Source: Candidatus Kryptoniota bacterium (GTDB lineage: Bacteria > Bacteroidota > Ignavibacteria > Kryptoniales > JAKASW01). From it: a DNA stretch of 64,000 nucleotides. Shown here one piece after another: positions 38,987-49,451 of this stretch. Location: assembly GCA_049966155.1 (NCBI GenBank), contig JBMFVE010000001.1, positions 654,916 to 718,915 of the forward strand. Reading direction: 5' to 3'. Numbering within the stretch: the stretch's first letter is position 1; every line of letters starts with the position of its first letter. The notes below the pieces were generated by a model that was given only the letters and a program-made list of their open reading frames with translations, had not been told where the DNA came from and did not search any database. Made by a program: the position numbers and the translations under genes.

Positions 38987-39673
38987 CTACCAACCTCTCG
39001 CCTCCATTCTGGTGATAATTATGCCTGTCCGAAACGCAACAAAGCGGGACCCTGAGTTAGGTGAATGCCTCAGTGGACTTGGTATAATTGCAGCAAGACG
39101 CGCTGCTTCCATCCGGGTAAGATTGGCAGCAGATTTCTTAAAATATGCCCTGCTTGCCGCCTCAACACCAAATATGCCGCGACCAAATTCAATATAATTT
39201 AAATATAGCTCGAGAATCCTATTTTTTGAGAGATAATGGTCTAACATAAATGCGCAAATAACCTCGTTGACTTTCGTCAGGGGGTCTCTGCTCGTTGAGA
39301 ACCACAAGTTTTTTGCAAGCTGCATGGTAATTGTGCTTGATCCACGCACTATTTTACCCGCATCCCAGTTTGCTTTGAGCGACTCTTTCATCTCATACCA
39401 ATCCACCCCGTCGTTTTCATAAAAAGTTCCATCTTCGCCAACTATAGCCGCATGTATCATGTAAGGTGAAATCTTAGAAAGTGGAACAAATATTTGTTTA
39501 ACTCTATAGGGTTTACGATCACGTCTTGCTTGCCTTATCCTCTCCCTCATGATTGCTGTTTGTGAAGGATTCTTGGTCCTCAATGCTGCCACATTCCACG
39601 GAAATGGCAGCATTACAATTTCAACTATTAAAAATAACAAAATAAAAAGGAAAAAAAATCTTGACAATTTCAC
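38987..39673 (-). CDS. mtgA: Monofunctional peptidoglycan glycosyltransferase (GT51)
   Basis: EDGTFYENDGVDW, GSSTITMQLAKN and RILELYLNYIEFG motifs. An N-terminal TM segment. Confidence 0.85.
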   Translation of the reverse strand: MKLSRFFFLFILLFLIVEIVMLPFPWNVAALRTKNPSQTAIMRERIRQARRDRKPYRVKQIFVPLSKISPYMIHAAIVGEDGTFYENDGVDWYEMKESLKANWDAGKIVRGSSTITMQLAKNLWFSTSRDPLTKVNEVICAFMLDHYLSKNRILELYLNYIEFGRGIFGVEAASRAYFKKSAANLTRMEAARLAAIIPSPLRHSPNSGSRFVAFRTGIIITRMEARGW

Positions 39674-39691
39674 CTTTGACTGCCCTCTGTG

Positions 39692-40126
39692 TCAACTTTC
39701 CCTGGGTGAGTCGAGATAGCTTTGCAAAATCAGCTGCGATGCTAACTTATCTATATTTTCCTTGTTTCTACGCTCCTTTTTCCTAATACCCAGCTCTATT
39801 TGAGTCCTGTGAGCAATGACGCTGGTAAACCTTTCATCCCATTCTATGACATTTATATGAAAAGCGTCTCTTAACCTTTGCGCAAAGCTCGAGACAGCTT
39901 CTGCACTTTTACCAGATTTGCCATTGAGCTTCAGAGGTTTACCAATTACAACTTCTTTCACTGACATTTGCGAAATAATATCTCCTATTCGTTTTAAAAG
40001 AGCACTGTCATTGGGCAGCGTGCTTATACCCTGCGCTATGAGCTGCGTTGGATCACTGACTGCTATGCCTACTCTCTTCGTACCATAATCTATTCCGAGA
40101 ATTCTACCTATTTTATTCGTTTTCAT
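39692..40126 (-). CDS. ruvX: Holliday junction resolvase-like RuvX/YqgF
   Basis: ILGIDYGTKRVGIAVSD at the N-terminus, DERFTS near the C-terminus. 144 aa. Confidence 0.85.
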   Translation of the reverse strand: MKTNKIGRILGIDYGTKRVGIAVSDPTQLIAQGISTLPNDSALLKRIGDIISQMSVKEVVIGKPLKLNGKSGKSAEAVSSFAQRLRDAFHINVIEWDERFTSVIAHRTQIELGIRKKERRNKENIDKLASQLILQSYLDSPRES

Positions 40127-42323
40127 TTTGGATTCTGTCTACCTTTGTGACACCCGGGACCTTTTTTATTTTGTCTATCAGTCGTTCCAAATGCTCTTTG
40201 TTTTTCACATAAATAATTACCTGGCCGTCAAAGATTGCATTACGAGCTTCAGCATTCACACTGCGGATGCTGGTATTTTGATAACTTGAAATGGCATGCG
40301 TGATATCTCCAAGAATTCCAGGTCGATCGGTCCCCGATACTGAAAGACCCGCAACGTATACATTTCCATCAACTCCCGGCCATTCTGCTTCCACTATTCT
40401 GTCTTTGTTGTTTTCTTCCATTCTGCGAATGTTCGGACAGGATTTCCTGTGAATCTTTATTCCCTCTCCTGTTGTGACAAAGCCAATTATTTCATCACCC
40501 GGAATTGGGTTGCAGCATTTTGCATACGAAACTTTTAAACCCGCATTAGACCCTTGAACCACAATACCCGTCGAAGCTCCTCTGGCAATCTCCACGAAAG
40601 TTTGCGGAGGTTTCGACAAATCACTGGATTCCTTCAAACCCTTTTGAGAAGTCAACCTGCTTATTACATGCTCGGGTTCAATTTCTTCATCAGCAAGCGC
40701 CACAAAAAACTGCTGTGGATTATCAAACTTCAATTCATGTATTAGCTTATTGAATTCGTCCTCTGAGACAACAAGTTTATGTTTCCTCAGACGCTTTATC
40801 CAAATTGCCTCTCCTTCTTCAGCTTTCTTCCTGATCTCTTCGTTGAACCACCTGCGGATGTGAGCTTTTGCCTTGCGAGTTACGACAAATTTTTCCCAAT
40901 CGGGATTTACGTTTTGATTTGATGAGGTAATTATCTCAACCTGATCACCGCTGGAAAGTTTTGTGTTCAGAGGAACAATCTTCCCGTTTACTTTCGCGCC
41001 TATACAATGAGTACCAACTTGCGAATGAATTTCAAACGCAAAATCCACCGGCGTGGCACCTTTGGGAAGTATTAAAAGCTCTCCTTTTGGAGTGAAAACA
41101 TAAATTTCGTCCTGGTATAAGTCGAGCTTAAAACTTTCGAGAAAATTCGAAGCTGATTCAGCTTGTTCTAAAACAGCAGGTGGCTGTTCTAATATTTCCC
41201 TAACCCATGCAATCCATTCTTCAAGCTGCCTGTCTGTTACGTTGATATTTTCCTTGTACTTCCAGTGAGCAGCAACCCCTTTTTCCGCTACCTCATCCAT
41301 TTTTCTGGTCCTTATCTGGACTTCAACCATTTTCCCTTCGGGTCCAACAACGGTCGTATGAATGGACTGGTATCCATTTTGCTTTGGGACAGAGATGTAA
41401 TCCTTAAAACGTTCGGGCACCGGCGTATAAATCTCTGAGACAATGCCGTATACCGAGAAGCACTCGTTTTTGTCCTCGGTATCGAGAATTATCCGAACTG
41501 CCAGCAGATCATATATCTCCTCAATTGGCTTTCCTCTTTTCACCATCTTGTTGTAAATGCTGTATATGTGCTTCGGTCTGCCGGTTATTTCAAATTTAAA
41601 GTTTTCTCTTTCAAGTCTCTCTTTAATAGGAAGAATAAAACGCCTGACATAAGCTTCTCTTTCGCGCCTCTTGGCATTTAACTTTCTTGAAACATACTCG
41701 TACTCATTCGGGTTTAAATATTTGAACGCCAAATCTTCAAACTCCCATTTAACCTTTGCCAGACCAAACCTGTGAGCGAGCGGTGCATAAATTTCGAGTG
41801 TCTCCTTTGCAATCCTCTGCTGCTTTTCTGGTGGCAAGAATCCAAGAGTGCGCATGTTGTGTAAACGGTCGGCGAACTTAACCAGGATGACTCGCACATC
41901 TTTGGCCAATGAAAGAAGCATCTTACGATAGTTCTCTGCCCGGGTGACTTCATGGCTTTCTACTACACCTGATATCTTTGTAACCCCATCCACAATATTG
42001 GCAATAGTATCCCCAAACTCCCTTCGAATGGTATCAATATCATAACCCGTATCCTCAGCTACGTCATGCAGCAACGCGGCGGCGACAGAGACATCGTCAA
42101 CTGGAATTTCTTTTACTAAAATCAGAGCAACCTCGAACGGGTGTGAAAAAAATGGCTCTCCAGACGCACGCGGTTTACCTTTTACATGCGCGTTCCAGCT
42201 GAATTCAAATGCCCTTCGGATGAGGTTTTCATCGAAATTGTACAAATTCTCCCGGCATATCTCGATAAGACGGTTTAATTCCTCAACACTTCGTACATCG
42301 GACAAATAAGACATCCTGATCAC
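40113..42323 (-). CDS. rel: Bifunctional (p)ppGpp synthetase/hydrolase (RelA/SpoT homologue)
   Basis: HD domain (HDVAEDT), synthetase block RPKHIYSIYNKM...YQSIHT, a TGS region and a C-terminal ACT-like domain. 736 aa. Confidence 0.95.
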   Translation of the reverse strand: MIRMSYLSDVRSVEELNRLIEICRENLYNFDENLIRRAFEFSWNAHVKGKPRASGEPFFSHPFEVALILVKEIPVDDVSVAAALLHDVAEDTGYDIDTIRREFGDTIANIVDGVTKISGVVESHEVTRAENYRKMLLSLAKDVRVILVKFADRLHNMRTLGFLPPEKQQRIAKETLEIYAPLAHRFGLAKVKWEFEDLAFKYLNPNEYEYVSRKLNAKRREREAYVRRFILPIKERLERENFKFEITGRPKHIYSIYNKMVKRGKPIEEIYDLLAVRIILDTEDKNECFSVYGIVSEIYTPVPERFKDYISVPKQNGYQSIHTTVVGPEGKMVEVQIRTRKMDEVAEKGVAAHWKYKENINVTDRQLEEWIAWVREILEQPPAVLEQAESASNFLESFKLDLYQDEIYVFTPKGELLILPKGATPVDFAFEIHSQVGTHCIGAKVNGKIVPLNTKLSSGDQVEIITSSNQNVNPDWEKFVVTRKAKAHIRRWFNEEIRKKAEEGEAIWIKRLRKHKLVVSEDEFNKLIHELKFDNPQQFFVALADEEIEPEHVISRLTSQKGLKESSDLSKPPQTFVEIARGASTGIVVQGSNAGLKVSYAKCCNPIPGDEIIGFVTTGEGIKIHRKSCPNIRRMEENNKDRIVEAEWPGVDGNVYVAGLSVSGTDRPGILGDITHAISSYQNTSIRSVNAEARNAIFDGQVIIYVKNKEHLERLIDKIKKVPGVTKVDRIQNENE

Positions 42324-42480
42324 CTGCTAATTCTCAATATCTAAACATCTAATCATATTCTTCAGTTCTTTAATAATTTAGCTGACAGTAAGAAAACTCC
42401 AAATCTGATTAATATAAGCTGCAATCACAATCCCTTCAGTTTCGAAAAAGTCAGGTAAATCCCTTTGAAACATCCTGTCA

Positions 42481-43722
42481 TCAAAACACATCATACTGGT
42501 AAATAAACGGCTGTTTCCATTCAAATACTTTATCTAATTTTTCGACAAGAGTCCTATCGATTTCCACCAGCCCGTAGTTAACAGCATCTCGCACTCTTAA
42601 ATGTCCCGAATAAATTTGTGAAAATGTCTCTATATCCATTTCAACCTCTGCCGGTGAGCGACTCTCTTCTACAACGCTTTCTCCAGAATGAACGTGCACC
42701 TTAAAAACTTGAGAGTTGACAGCCAGGAGGGAGTCTTTGATCTTAATGGTGAAATCTACTGGGGATTCCGAAGAAACCATCAGGTATTTAAGAGCATTTT
42801 TCACATTTATTACCCTTAGCATAAACCCACAAGCAAGCATACCAAACGTCTTGTATTCAAAGAAAAGGCGTCTGAAATTGTATTCTACAGGTTCGCGCAG
42901 GAATAAGTGCATTGGATAGTCAATTGGTGCTAGATATCGCACCTTCGAAACTTGCTCTCGAAGGCCGCCAATAAATCCCCACAATGCCCTATGTGCATTC
43001 GACCCCAGACCAACGAGTTCTTTAATAGTTAAAACAGGCTCCTGGTTTGCCTCTTTGACAAGCTCATACATGACATAGCCGCTGCACTCTATCTTTCCTG
43101 TTGTGCGCGATGGCTCTTCGTAAATATAGATATCATGTGCTTTCGGAAATACTACCATTTCCCAGAAGTTTTCAGTTCGCACGATTGTAAAGCTTCCATT
43201 CCTTTCAATATTATCATTAAAAACCTTTTTAATTCTGTTTCTGTCCGAACGCTGGGCTGTCCGCACTCCAGCCCTTTCATCAAAATCCACTATATCATTA
43301 GAAGATAATTCATACTGCACTGCGCTACCCACAAATGCATAGCCGTACTTTTTGTAAAATCTGTGTCGAAAAGGATAAAGCATTGAAATCGGGTAACCAA
43401 ACTCGTACATCTTTCTGATGGAATTTTCAATGAGAATTTCGGCGATTCCTCTCCTCCTGGCTTCCGGAATGACCGCTACAGCTGCCAGTCCTGCCATCGG
43501 CATCCTCTTTCCCCGAGCGTAAACTTCAAATGGTGTTATTCTTAAGCAGCCGACAATTCCTGAAGACAACAACCGATCTTCAATAACGTACATATCGCTA
43601 ATATGGTAACGCGGATTATTTTCAATGCTGAGTCTGACAATGTTCTGGTCTTCAATGAAAGACTTGGACAGGAGTGAAGATATTGCCTCCGCATCTGAAC
43701 TATTTGCCTGCCGAATTAACAC
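42481..43722 (-). CDS. GNAT N-acetyltransferase, Eis-like (GNAT + SCP2-like C-terminal domain)
   Basis: The acetyl-CoA motif context VIPEARRRGIAEILI. At 413 aa, the size and architecture resemble Eis family proteins. Confidence 0.7.
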   Translation of the reverse strand: MLIRQANSSDAEAISSLLSKSFIEDQNIVRLSIENNPRYHISDMYVIEDRLLSSGIVGCLRITPFEVYARGKRMPMAGLAAVAVIPEARRRGIAEILIENSIRKMYEFGYPISMLYPFRHRFYKKYGYAFVGSAVQYELSSNDIVDFDERAGVRTAQRSDRNRIKKVFNDNIERNGSFTIVRTENFWEMVVFPKAHDIYIYEEPSRTTGKIECSGYVMYELVKEANQEPVLTIKELVGLGSNAHRALWGFIGGLREQVSKVRYLAPIDYPMHLFLREPVEYNFRRLFFEYKTFGMLACGFMLRVINVKNALKYLMVSSESPVDFTIKIKDSLLAVNSQVFKVHVHSGESVVEESRSPAEVEMDIETFSQIYSGHLRVRDAVNYGLVEIDRTLVEKLDKVFEWKQPFIYQYDVF

Positions 43723-44765
43723 TGTCGCTCCTTTTCATTTACTATCTTCAGTAAAGCTGAGAATACTGCGTCTACTGTTATGCCTTCACCATCTTCTCCA
43801 AAATTGCAGATGTGTGGGTCACCTGGACAACGAAACCGACAAAAGTCCACCGGTGGAAGAAGAATTTGGCTTTGCGACCCTATTGGTCCCCACAGCTGGG
43901 GTGAACACGCCGGCAGCGGACAAAACATTGCCACGACAGGGGTACCAACTGCAGCTGCAATGTGCATTGGACCTGTGCTTGAAGAGACGAACACGGAAAC
44001 CGTGGAAATGACAGCACTCAGATCTCTTAAGCTCCATTTGCCAAAAGATGTTCTGGTGTTCGTAATACCTTTAAACTCATCTTCGAATATGTATTCTGAA
44101 GAATTGCCTGTAACCAGAACTTGCATGCCATGACCAGCGACTCGCTGAACGAGCTCTACATATCTTTTGATCTCCCAGTTGGGGGCAGAGTGACCGCTAC
44201 CAGGATGAATACCAACAATGGGTTCATGCAAATCGAAACCCAAACTCGACAACATTTCACGTGCTTTTTGCCTCTCTTCTTGGCTGAGAAAAATTTCTGG
44301 AGTAGTCCATATTTTATGTGAACCAATACTTCTCGCTAGATCAAGCATGTAATCTGACTCGTGCCGGAGGGGACTGTATCCTTTCCTCGACACTCCGCGC
44401 ATTAAGGTAATGACCTCATAAAGAATATGCCCTACACCTATCCTCTGCCGAATCCCTGCAAAAAAGAGCATATATGCATGTCTGCTCGTCGGTTTAAGTA
44501 ATAAAGCCGCATCGAATCTGTGCGACCTAATTTCTCTAACTTTCTGCCAAAAATTTCCATCCTTACCTCCTGCATCCTCGCTATCAGTTAGTATTACGTC
44601 AATGTTTGGATTGTTTTCAAGTAATGGCGCTGTAAGAGGGGATACAAGTGCTCCAATAAACGACCCCGGAAATGAATCGCGTAAGGTGTGATAAACAGGG
44701 GTGGATAGTACCACGTCACCAATTCTGTCCGGTCTAACAACCAGAATTCTTTTCGGCTTTCCCAT
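43716..44765 (-). CDS. Glycosyltransferase family 9 (LPS heptosyltransferase-like)
   Basis: ILVVRPDRIGDVVLSTP at the N-terminus; the C-terminal region contains GPMHIAAAVGTPVVAMF. Confidence 0.85.
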   Translation of the reverse strand: MGKPKRILVVRPDRIGDVVLSTPVYHTLRDSFPGSFIGALVSPLTAPLLENNPNIDVILTDSEDAGGKDGNFWQKVREIRSHRFDAALLLKPTSRHAYMLFFAGIRQRIGVGHILYEVITLMRGVSRKGYSPLRHESDYMLDLARSIGSHKIWTTPEIFLSQEERQKAREMLSSLGFDLHEPIVGIHPGSGHSAPNWEIKRYVELVQRVAGHGMQVLVTGNSSEYIFEDEFKGITNTRTSFGKWSLRDLSAVISTVSVFVSSSTGPMHIAAAVGTPVVAMFCPLPACSPQLWGPIGSQSQILLPPVDFCRFRCPGDPHICNFGEDGEGITVDAVFSALLKIVNEKERQC

Positions 44766-44927
44766 CCTTTATCATTTATTATTTTACTAAATATAAGGAT
44801 TGGCCAACTTGAATCAATGGATGTCTCTTTTCCATCTTTTTGTTACACAGGTAAGGACTATAAAATACGGTTTAGGGCATCAAGAGATCTCACGGGAACT
44901 TTAGCAGGCAATTTTGGATTGTTAATC

Positions 44928-44956
44928 TTGACTATAAAATATAGATTAATTAAAAT
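44928..44956 (+). promoter_or_regulatory. Sigma-70-type promoter candidate for the suf operon
   Basis: TTGACT (44928-44933), a 17-nt spacer, then TAAAAT (44951-44956). It lies about 48 nt upstream of the sufB ATG. Confidence 0.4.
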
Positions 44957-45003
44957 AGATTAGCAATGAATCAAGGCAAGGACAGAGGAAGGACATAACG
45001 AAC

Positions 45004-46443
45004 ATGAAAGAGATGACCACTGAAGAAATTGAGAAGAGTGATTATAAGTACGGTTTCGTTACCGAAATTGAGGAAGAAACGGTCCCCAAGGGCTTGAACG
45101 AAGAAATTATTCGCGTCATATCCGAAAAAAAGAACGAACCCGAGTGGATGCTGGAGTGGCGCTTGAAGGCGTACAAACACTGGCTTACCATGGAAGAACC
45201 TCATTGGGCAAATGTCAAATACGACCCCATTGATTATCAGGACATAAGATACTATGCAGCCCCTAAAAAGAAACCCATGCTCAACAGTTTACAGGAAGCA
45301 GACCCCGAATTACTCAATGCCTTTGAAAAGCTGGGTATACCCCTCGAGGAACAGAAACGACTTGCCGGAGTTGCTGTCGATGCTGTCTTTGATAGTGTTT
45401 CAGTGGCAACGACTTTTAAGGAAAAGCTTGCAGAACTCGGGATTGTATTTTGTTCAATGTCCGAGGCAATTCAAAGATACCCTGACCTTGTGAGAAGATA
45501 TTTAGGAACTGTTGTCCCATACACAGATAACTTTTTTGCTGCTTTGAATTCTGCAGTTTTCAGCGACGGCTCATTTGCCTACATTCCAAAAGGAGTCCGC
45601 TGCCCGATGGAGCTGTCAACTTATTTTCGTATTAACGCCTCCGAAACGGGACAATTTGAACGAACTCTTATAGTAGCTGACGAAGGTAGCTATGTCAGTT
45701 ACCTGGAAGGGTGCACAGCTCCCATACGCGATACCAATCAGCTCCACGCAGCAGTAGTGGAACTTATAGCTCTTGATAATGCAGAAATAAAATATTCGAC
45801 CGTACAAAACTGGTATCCTGGCGATGAGAATGGTAAAGGTGGAATTTATAATTTTGTAACAAAGCGAGGAGCATGCAGGGGAGTTAACTCAAAAATATCC
45901 TGGACACAGGTAGAGACAGGATCAGCGATAACATGGAAATACCCAAGCTGCATCCTGCAGGGTGATAACTCTGTGGGAGAGTTTTATTCTGTTGCTGTCA
46001 CAAATCACATGCAGCAAGCCGACACAGGTACAAAGATGATACACATCGGCAAAAATACTCGAAGCACAATCATCTCGAAAGGAATTTCGGCAGGGAGAAG
46101 CAATAACAGTTACCGCGGAATGGTGAGGATCTCGAGAAATGCAGAAAACGCTCGCAATTATTCACAGTGTGATTCTCTGCTCATAGGCGACAAGTGCGGC
46201 GCACATACATTCCCCATCCTTGAAGCTAACAATCCCACCGCACAGGTCGAACATGAAGCAACGACTTCAAAAATTGGAACTGATCAGATTTTTTATTTGA
46301 ACCAGCGGGGCATCTCGACTGAGGATGCAATTAGGCTTATTGTAAATGGTTATTGCAAGGAAGTCTTTAAACAGCTCCCAATGGAGTTCGCTGTCGAGGC
46401 GACCCGTCTTTTGAGCATGAGTCTTGAAGGAAGCGTTGGATAA
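45004..46443 (+). CDS. sufB: Fe-S cluster assembly scaffold SufB
   Basis: YKYGF, a long SufB/SufD beta-helix region, and C-terminal FYLNQRGIS...A. 479 aa. Confidence 0.95.
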   Translation: MKEMTTEEIEKSDYKYGFVTEIEEETVPKGLNEEIIRVISEKKNEPEWMLEWRLKAYKHWLTMEEPHWANVKYDPIDYQDIRYYAAPKKKPMLNSLQEADPELLNAFEKLGIPLEEQKRLAGVAVDAVFDSVSVATTFKEKLAELGIVFCSMSEAIQRYPDLVRRYLGTVVPYTDNFFAALNSAVFSDGSFAYIPKGVRCPMELSTYFRINASETGQFERTLIVADEGSYVSYLEGCTAPIRDTNQLHAAVVELIALDNAEIKYSTVQNWYPGDENGKGGIYNFVTKRGACRGVNSKISWTQVETGSAITWKYPSCILQGDNSVGEFYSVAVTNHMQQADTGTKMIHIGKNTRSTIISKGISAGRSNNSYRGMVRISRNAENARNYSQCDSLLIGDKCGAHTFPILEANNPTAQVEHEATTSKIGTDQIFYLNQRGISTEDAIRLIVNGYCKEVFKQLPMEFAVEATRLLSMSLEGSVG

Positions 46444-46488
46444 TCACGACGGCGCTGGGAATCATAAATCTATAAGAAGGAAAAAATA

Positions 46489-47277
46489 ATGCTCGAAATC
46501 AGAAATCTTCATGCTTCCATAGAAGATAAAGAAATATTGAAAGGAATCAATCTGTCAATTAATAAAGGGGAAATACACGCCATAATGGGACCGAATGGGT
46601 CGGGCAAGAGTACCCTAGCCAACGTGCTCGCTGGAAGGCCCGAGTACAAAGTAACACAGGGTGAAGTGGTTTACGAAAAGAAAGACCTTTTGAGTATGCC
46701 CCCGGAAGTTAGAGCAAGGGAAGGAGTTTTTCTCGCATTTCAGTACCCAATTGAACTCCCTGGGGTGAACAACACTACTTTCCTGAGAACAGCTTTAAAT
46801 GAAATCCGAAAATATAAAGGTCTGCCTGAAATAAGTGCCGGCCAATTCCTATCGATTCTTAAAAAGAAATTGGCTCTCGTCGAGATGAACGATACACTGT
46901 TGAATCGCTCAGTTAATGAGGGCTTTTCGGGCGGCGAAAAGAAACGCAACGAGATTTTACAGATGGCGATCCTCGAACCAAAACTTGCTATCCTGGATGA
47001 AACTGATTCCGGCCTGGACATAGACGCGCTGAGAATTGTGGCAAATGGGGTCAACAAACTAAAATCGGCGGAAAACGCAATAATTGTAGTTACTCATTAT
47101 CAGAGACTCTTGAATTATATAGTCCCTGACTACGTCCACGTTCTTTATAACGGACGTATTGTAAAGTCAGGTGGTAAGGATCTTGCGCTTGAGCTTGAAG
47201 AAAAAGGTTATGACTGGCTTAAACCAGCCGATGAAATGCCTGGAAACATGAATGTAGAGATCGAGACAGTGAGATGA
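46489..47277 (+). CDS. sufC: Fe-S cluster assembly ATPase SufC
   Basis: Walker A GPNGSGKST, signature FSGGEKKR, Walker B LAILDETDSGLD. Confidence 0.95.
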   Translation: MLEIRNLHASIEDKEILKGINLSINKGEIHAIMGPNGSGKSTLANVLAGRPEYKVTQGEVVYEKKDLLSMPPEVRAREGVFLAFQYPIELPGVNNTTFLRTALNEIRKYKGLPEISAGQFLSILKKKLALVEMNDTLLNRSVNEGFSGGEKKRNEILQMAILEPKLAILDETDSGLDIDALRIVANGVNKLKSAENAIIVVTHYQRLLNYIVPDYVHVLYNGRIVKSGGKDLALELEEKGYDWLKPADEMPGNMNVEIETVR

Positions 47278-48605
47278 AAAATCAATTAGACGATGTTAAA
47301 AGCAAGTATATATCTCTCTTCAACGATTTCAAGAACCGCCTGAACGGGGAAAAATCAGGCCCAATTCACGAAGCCAGACAAAACGCTCTAAAGACGTTCA
47401 CGGAAGTCGGATTCCCCACATTGCGGATGGAGGACTGGCGGTTTACTGATATTTCACCTATCCTGAGGAATGATTTTACATTGCCGGAGTTAAACGCCCT
47501 GCCCTCAATAAAGAAAGGAGATATTTCAAATTTCCTCTGCGGCATTCCTAATGCAATTGTCCTGGTGTTTCTTAATGGGATTTTTGTTGAATCATTATCT
47601 ACCAGGATTCATGAAGGTTCTGGAAGTATTCATAAAGAAATTTTAAACGGAAATCCCGATATTATCTCACATCTTGCAAAATATGCTGCATCGGCATCAA
47701 ATGCTTTCACAGCTCTGAATGCCGCGTTCACTTATGATGGAGCTTTCATAAGGATGCCGGATGGCGAAAAAAGTAAACCTGTTCATCTCCTTTTTTTGGC
47801 CGACCCGAAAAGCAAACAAATTGTTTATCATCCTCATAACATCATTATTGCTGGAAAGAATTCAAATTTAACTATAATTGAACATTATGCTGCGTTAAAG
47901 AATGACCGATATTTTACAAATTCTGTTACCGAAATTTTTGCCAATGAAAATTCCTCTATAAATCATATTCGCCTTCAATTCGAATCTGAAGATGCTTTTC
48001 ACATCGGATCAACTTATGTGTCGCTATCCAGGTCATCAAGCTATTCTTCTCACTCAGTTAACATAGGGGGAGAAATTTCCCGACATGATCTCAACGTCGT
48101 CCTCGCTGAAGAAGGTGCGAGCACCGATTTGTATGGGCTATACATGCTGACAGGCAAGCAACTCTCGGACACGCATACATTCATTGACCATACTGCACCA
48201 CATTGCACCAGTCAGGAACATTACAAGGGTATTCTTGACGAAAATTCTCATGGCGTTTTCAACGGAAAGATACTTGTTAGAAAAGGCGCCCAGCAAACAA
48301 ACTCCTATCAGGAAAATAGGAACATAATCCTTTCTTCCGGTGCGAAGGTCGACACAAAGCCACAACTTGAAATTTTCGCTGATGATGTCAAATGTTCACA
48401 CGGTGCAACAGTAGGACAGCTGAGCGCTGATTCTATATTTTACATGCGGTCACGCGGAATAAGCGAGGAAACTGCAAGGTTAATATTAATACATGCATTT
48501 GCCAGTGATGTTTTAAATAACATTAAGATTAATGGGGTGAGAAAGTATCTTGAACAATTTCTCTCAAGCAGGTTCTTACCTGAAGACCGCACAATTCAAC
48601 ATTGA
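47274..48605 (+). CDS. sufD: Fe-S cluster assembly protein SufD
   Basis: SufB/D-family beta-helix with C-terminal FYMRSRGISEETAR. It overlaps the sufC stop by 4 nt. Confidence 0.9.
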   Translation: MKNQLDDVKSKYISLFNDFKNRLNGEKSGPIHEARQNALKTFTEVGFPTLRMEDWRFTDISPILRNDFTLPELNALPSIKKGDISNFLCGIPNAIVLVFLNGIFVESLSTRIHEGSGSIHKEILNGNPDIISHLAKYAASASNAFTALNAAFTYDGAFIRMPDGEKSKPVHLLFLADPKSKQIVYHPHNIIIAGKNSNLTIIEHYAALKNDRYFTNSVTEIFANENSSINHIRLQFESEDAFHIGSTYVSLSRSSSYSSHSVNIGGEISRHDLNVVLAEEGASTDLYGLYMLTGKQLSDTHTFIDHTAPHCTSQEHYKGILDENSHGVFNGKILVRKGAQQTNSYQENRNIILSSGAKVDTKPQLEIFADDVKCSHGATVGQLSADSIFYMRSRGISEETARLILIHAFASDVLNNIKINGVRKYLEQFLSSRFLPEDRTIQH

Positions 48606-48624
48606 ACCAACGAAAGGCGATAAA

Positions 48625-48945
48625 ATGACTGCGGAGGAAAAAAAGGTTATCGAGGAAAAGGTTGTAGATGCAATAAAAGAGTGCTATGATCCGGAAATAC
48701 CCGTCAACATCTGGGAACTTGGATTGATATACGAGATGTATGTCGACGACGAGTCGACAGCACATGTAAAGATGACGCTCACTGCCCCCGGCTGCCCAGC
48801 AGCCCGGTCTCTTCCACTGGAAGTACAGGCAAGGATTTCACAGATTCCTGAGATAAAAAATGTTCAGGTGGAGGTTGTTTGGGACCCACCTTGGACACCA
48901 GAAATGATGTCACAAGAAGCTAAATTAGAACTGGGATTTATGTAA
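48625..48945 (+). CDS. DUF59/SufT-like Fe-S assembly protein
   Basis: DPEIPVNIWELGLIY and TLTAPGCPA motifs. The ATG at 48625 is preferred over the track start at 48550, which overlaps sufD. Confidence 0.8.
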   Translation: MTAEEKKVIEEKVVDAIKECYDPEIPVNIWELGLIYEMYVDDESTAHVKMTLTAPGCPAARSLPLEVQARISQIPEIKNVQVEVVWDPPWTPEMMSQEAKLELGFM

Positions 48946-48946
48946 A

Positions 48947-49423
48947 ATGAAACTCAGCGCTCAAGAAGAATATGGGATGCGGTGCTTACTTAGGATTGCC
49001 CGTGGAAATCCAAGAGAAGGAATGACCATACCAGAAATAAGTCGCCTTGAAGGACTAAGCCCGGCTAATGTGGCCAAGCTATTGCGGATACTGAGACTTG
49101 GTGGTTTCATAGAAAGCGCACGAGGACGGTCTGGTGGGTATCGACTTGCCAAACCTGCTGATCAAATAATCGTAGGTGATGTTTTAAATGTTCTCGGAGG
49201 AAGGATTTATGAAGAAGATTTTTGCGATACTCATTCAGGGTTAAATTCGATATGTTGCAACATAATCGACTGCTCAATGCGAACCCTGTGGCAGTCGTTA
49301 CAGGGTGCCCTTGATAATGTTTTGAACAAGGTCTCACTTAAGGACATGCTTAAGAGTGAACAGACAGTTAAAAAGGGAACCATTGCCCCAAGAATTGAAG
49401 CAGCTAAAAGTGCCGCGGTTTAA
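48947..49423 (+). CDS. Rrf2-family transcriptional regulator (IscR/SufR-like, Cys-containing)
   Basis: N-terminal wHTH MKLSAQEEYGMRCLLRIA...GGFIESARGRSGGYRLA. A Cys cluster (CDTHSGLNSICCNIIDC). It lies 1 nt after the sufT-like stop. Confidence 0.85.
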   Translation: MKLSAQEEYGMRCLLRIARGNPREGMTIPEISRLEGLSPANVAKLLRILRLGGFIESARGRSGGYRLAKPADQIIVGDVLNVLGGRIYEEDFCDTHSGLNSICCNIIDCSMRTLWQSLQGALDNVLNKVSLKDMLKSEQTVKKGTIAPRIEAAKSAAV

Positions 49424-49451
49424 AACTTTTATAGAAACGCACCGCACCCGC

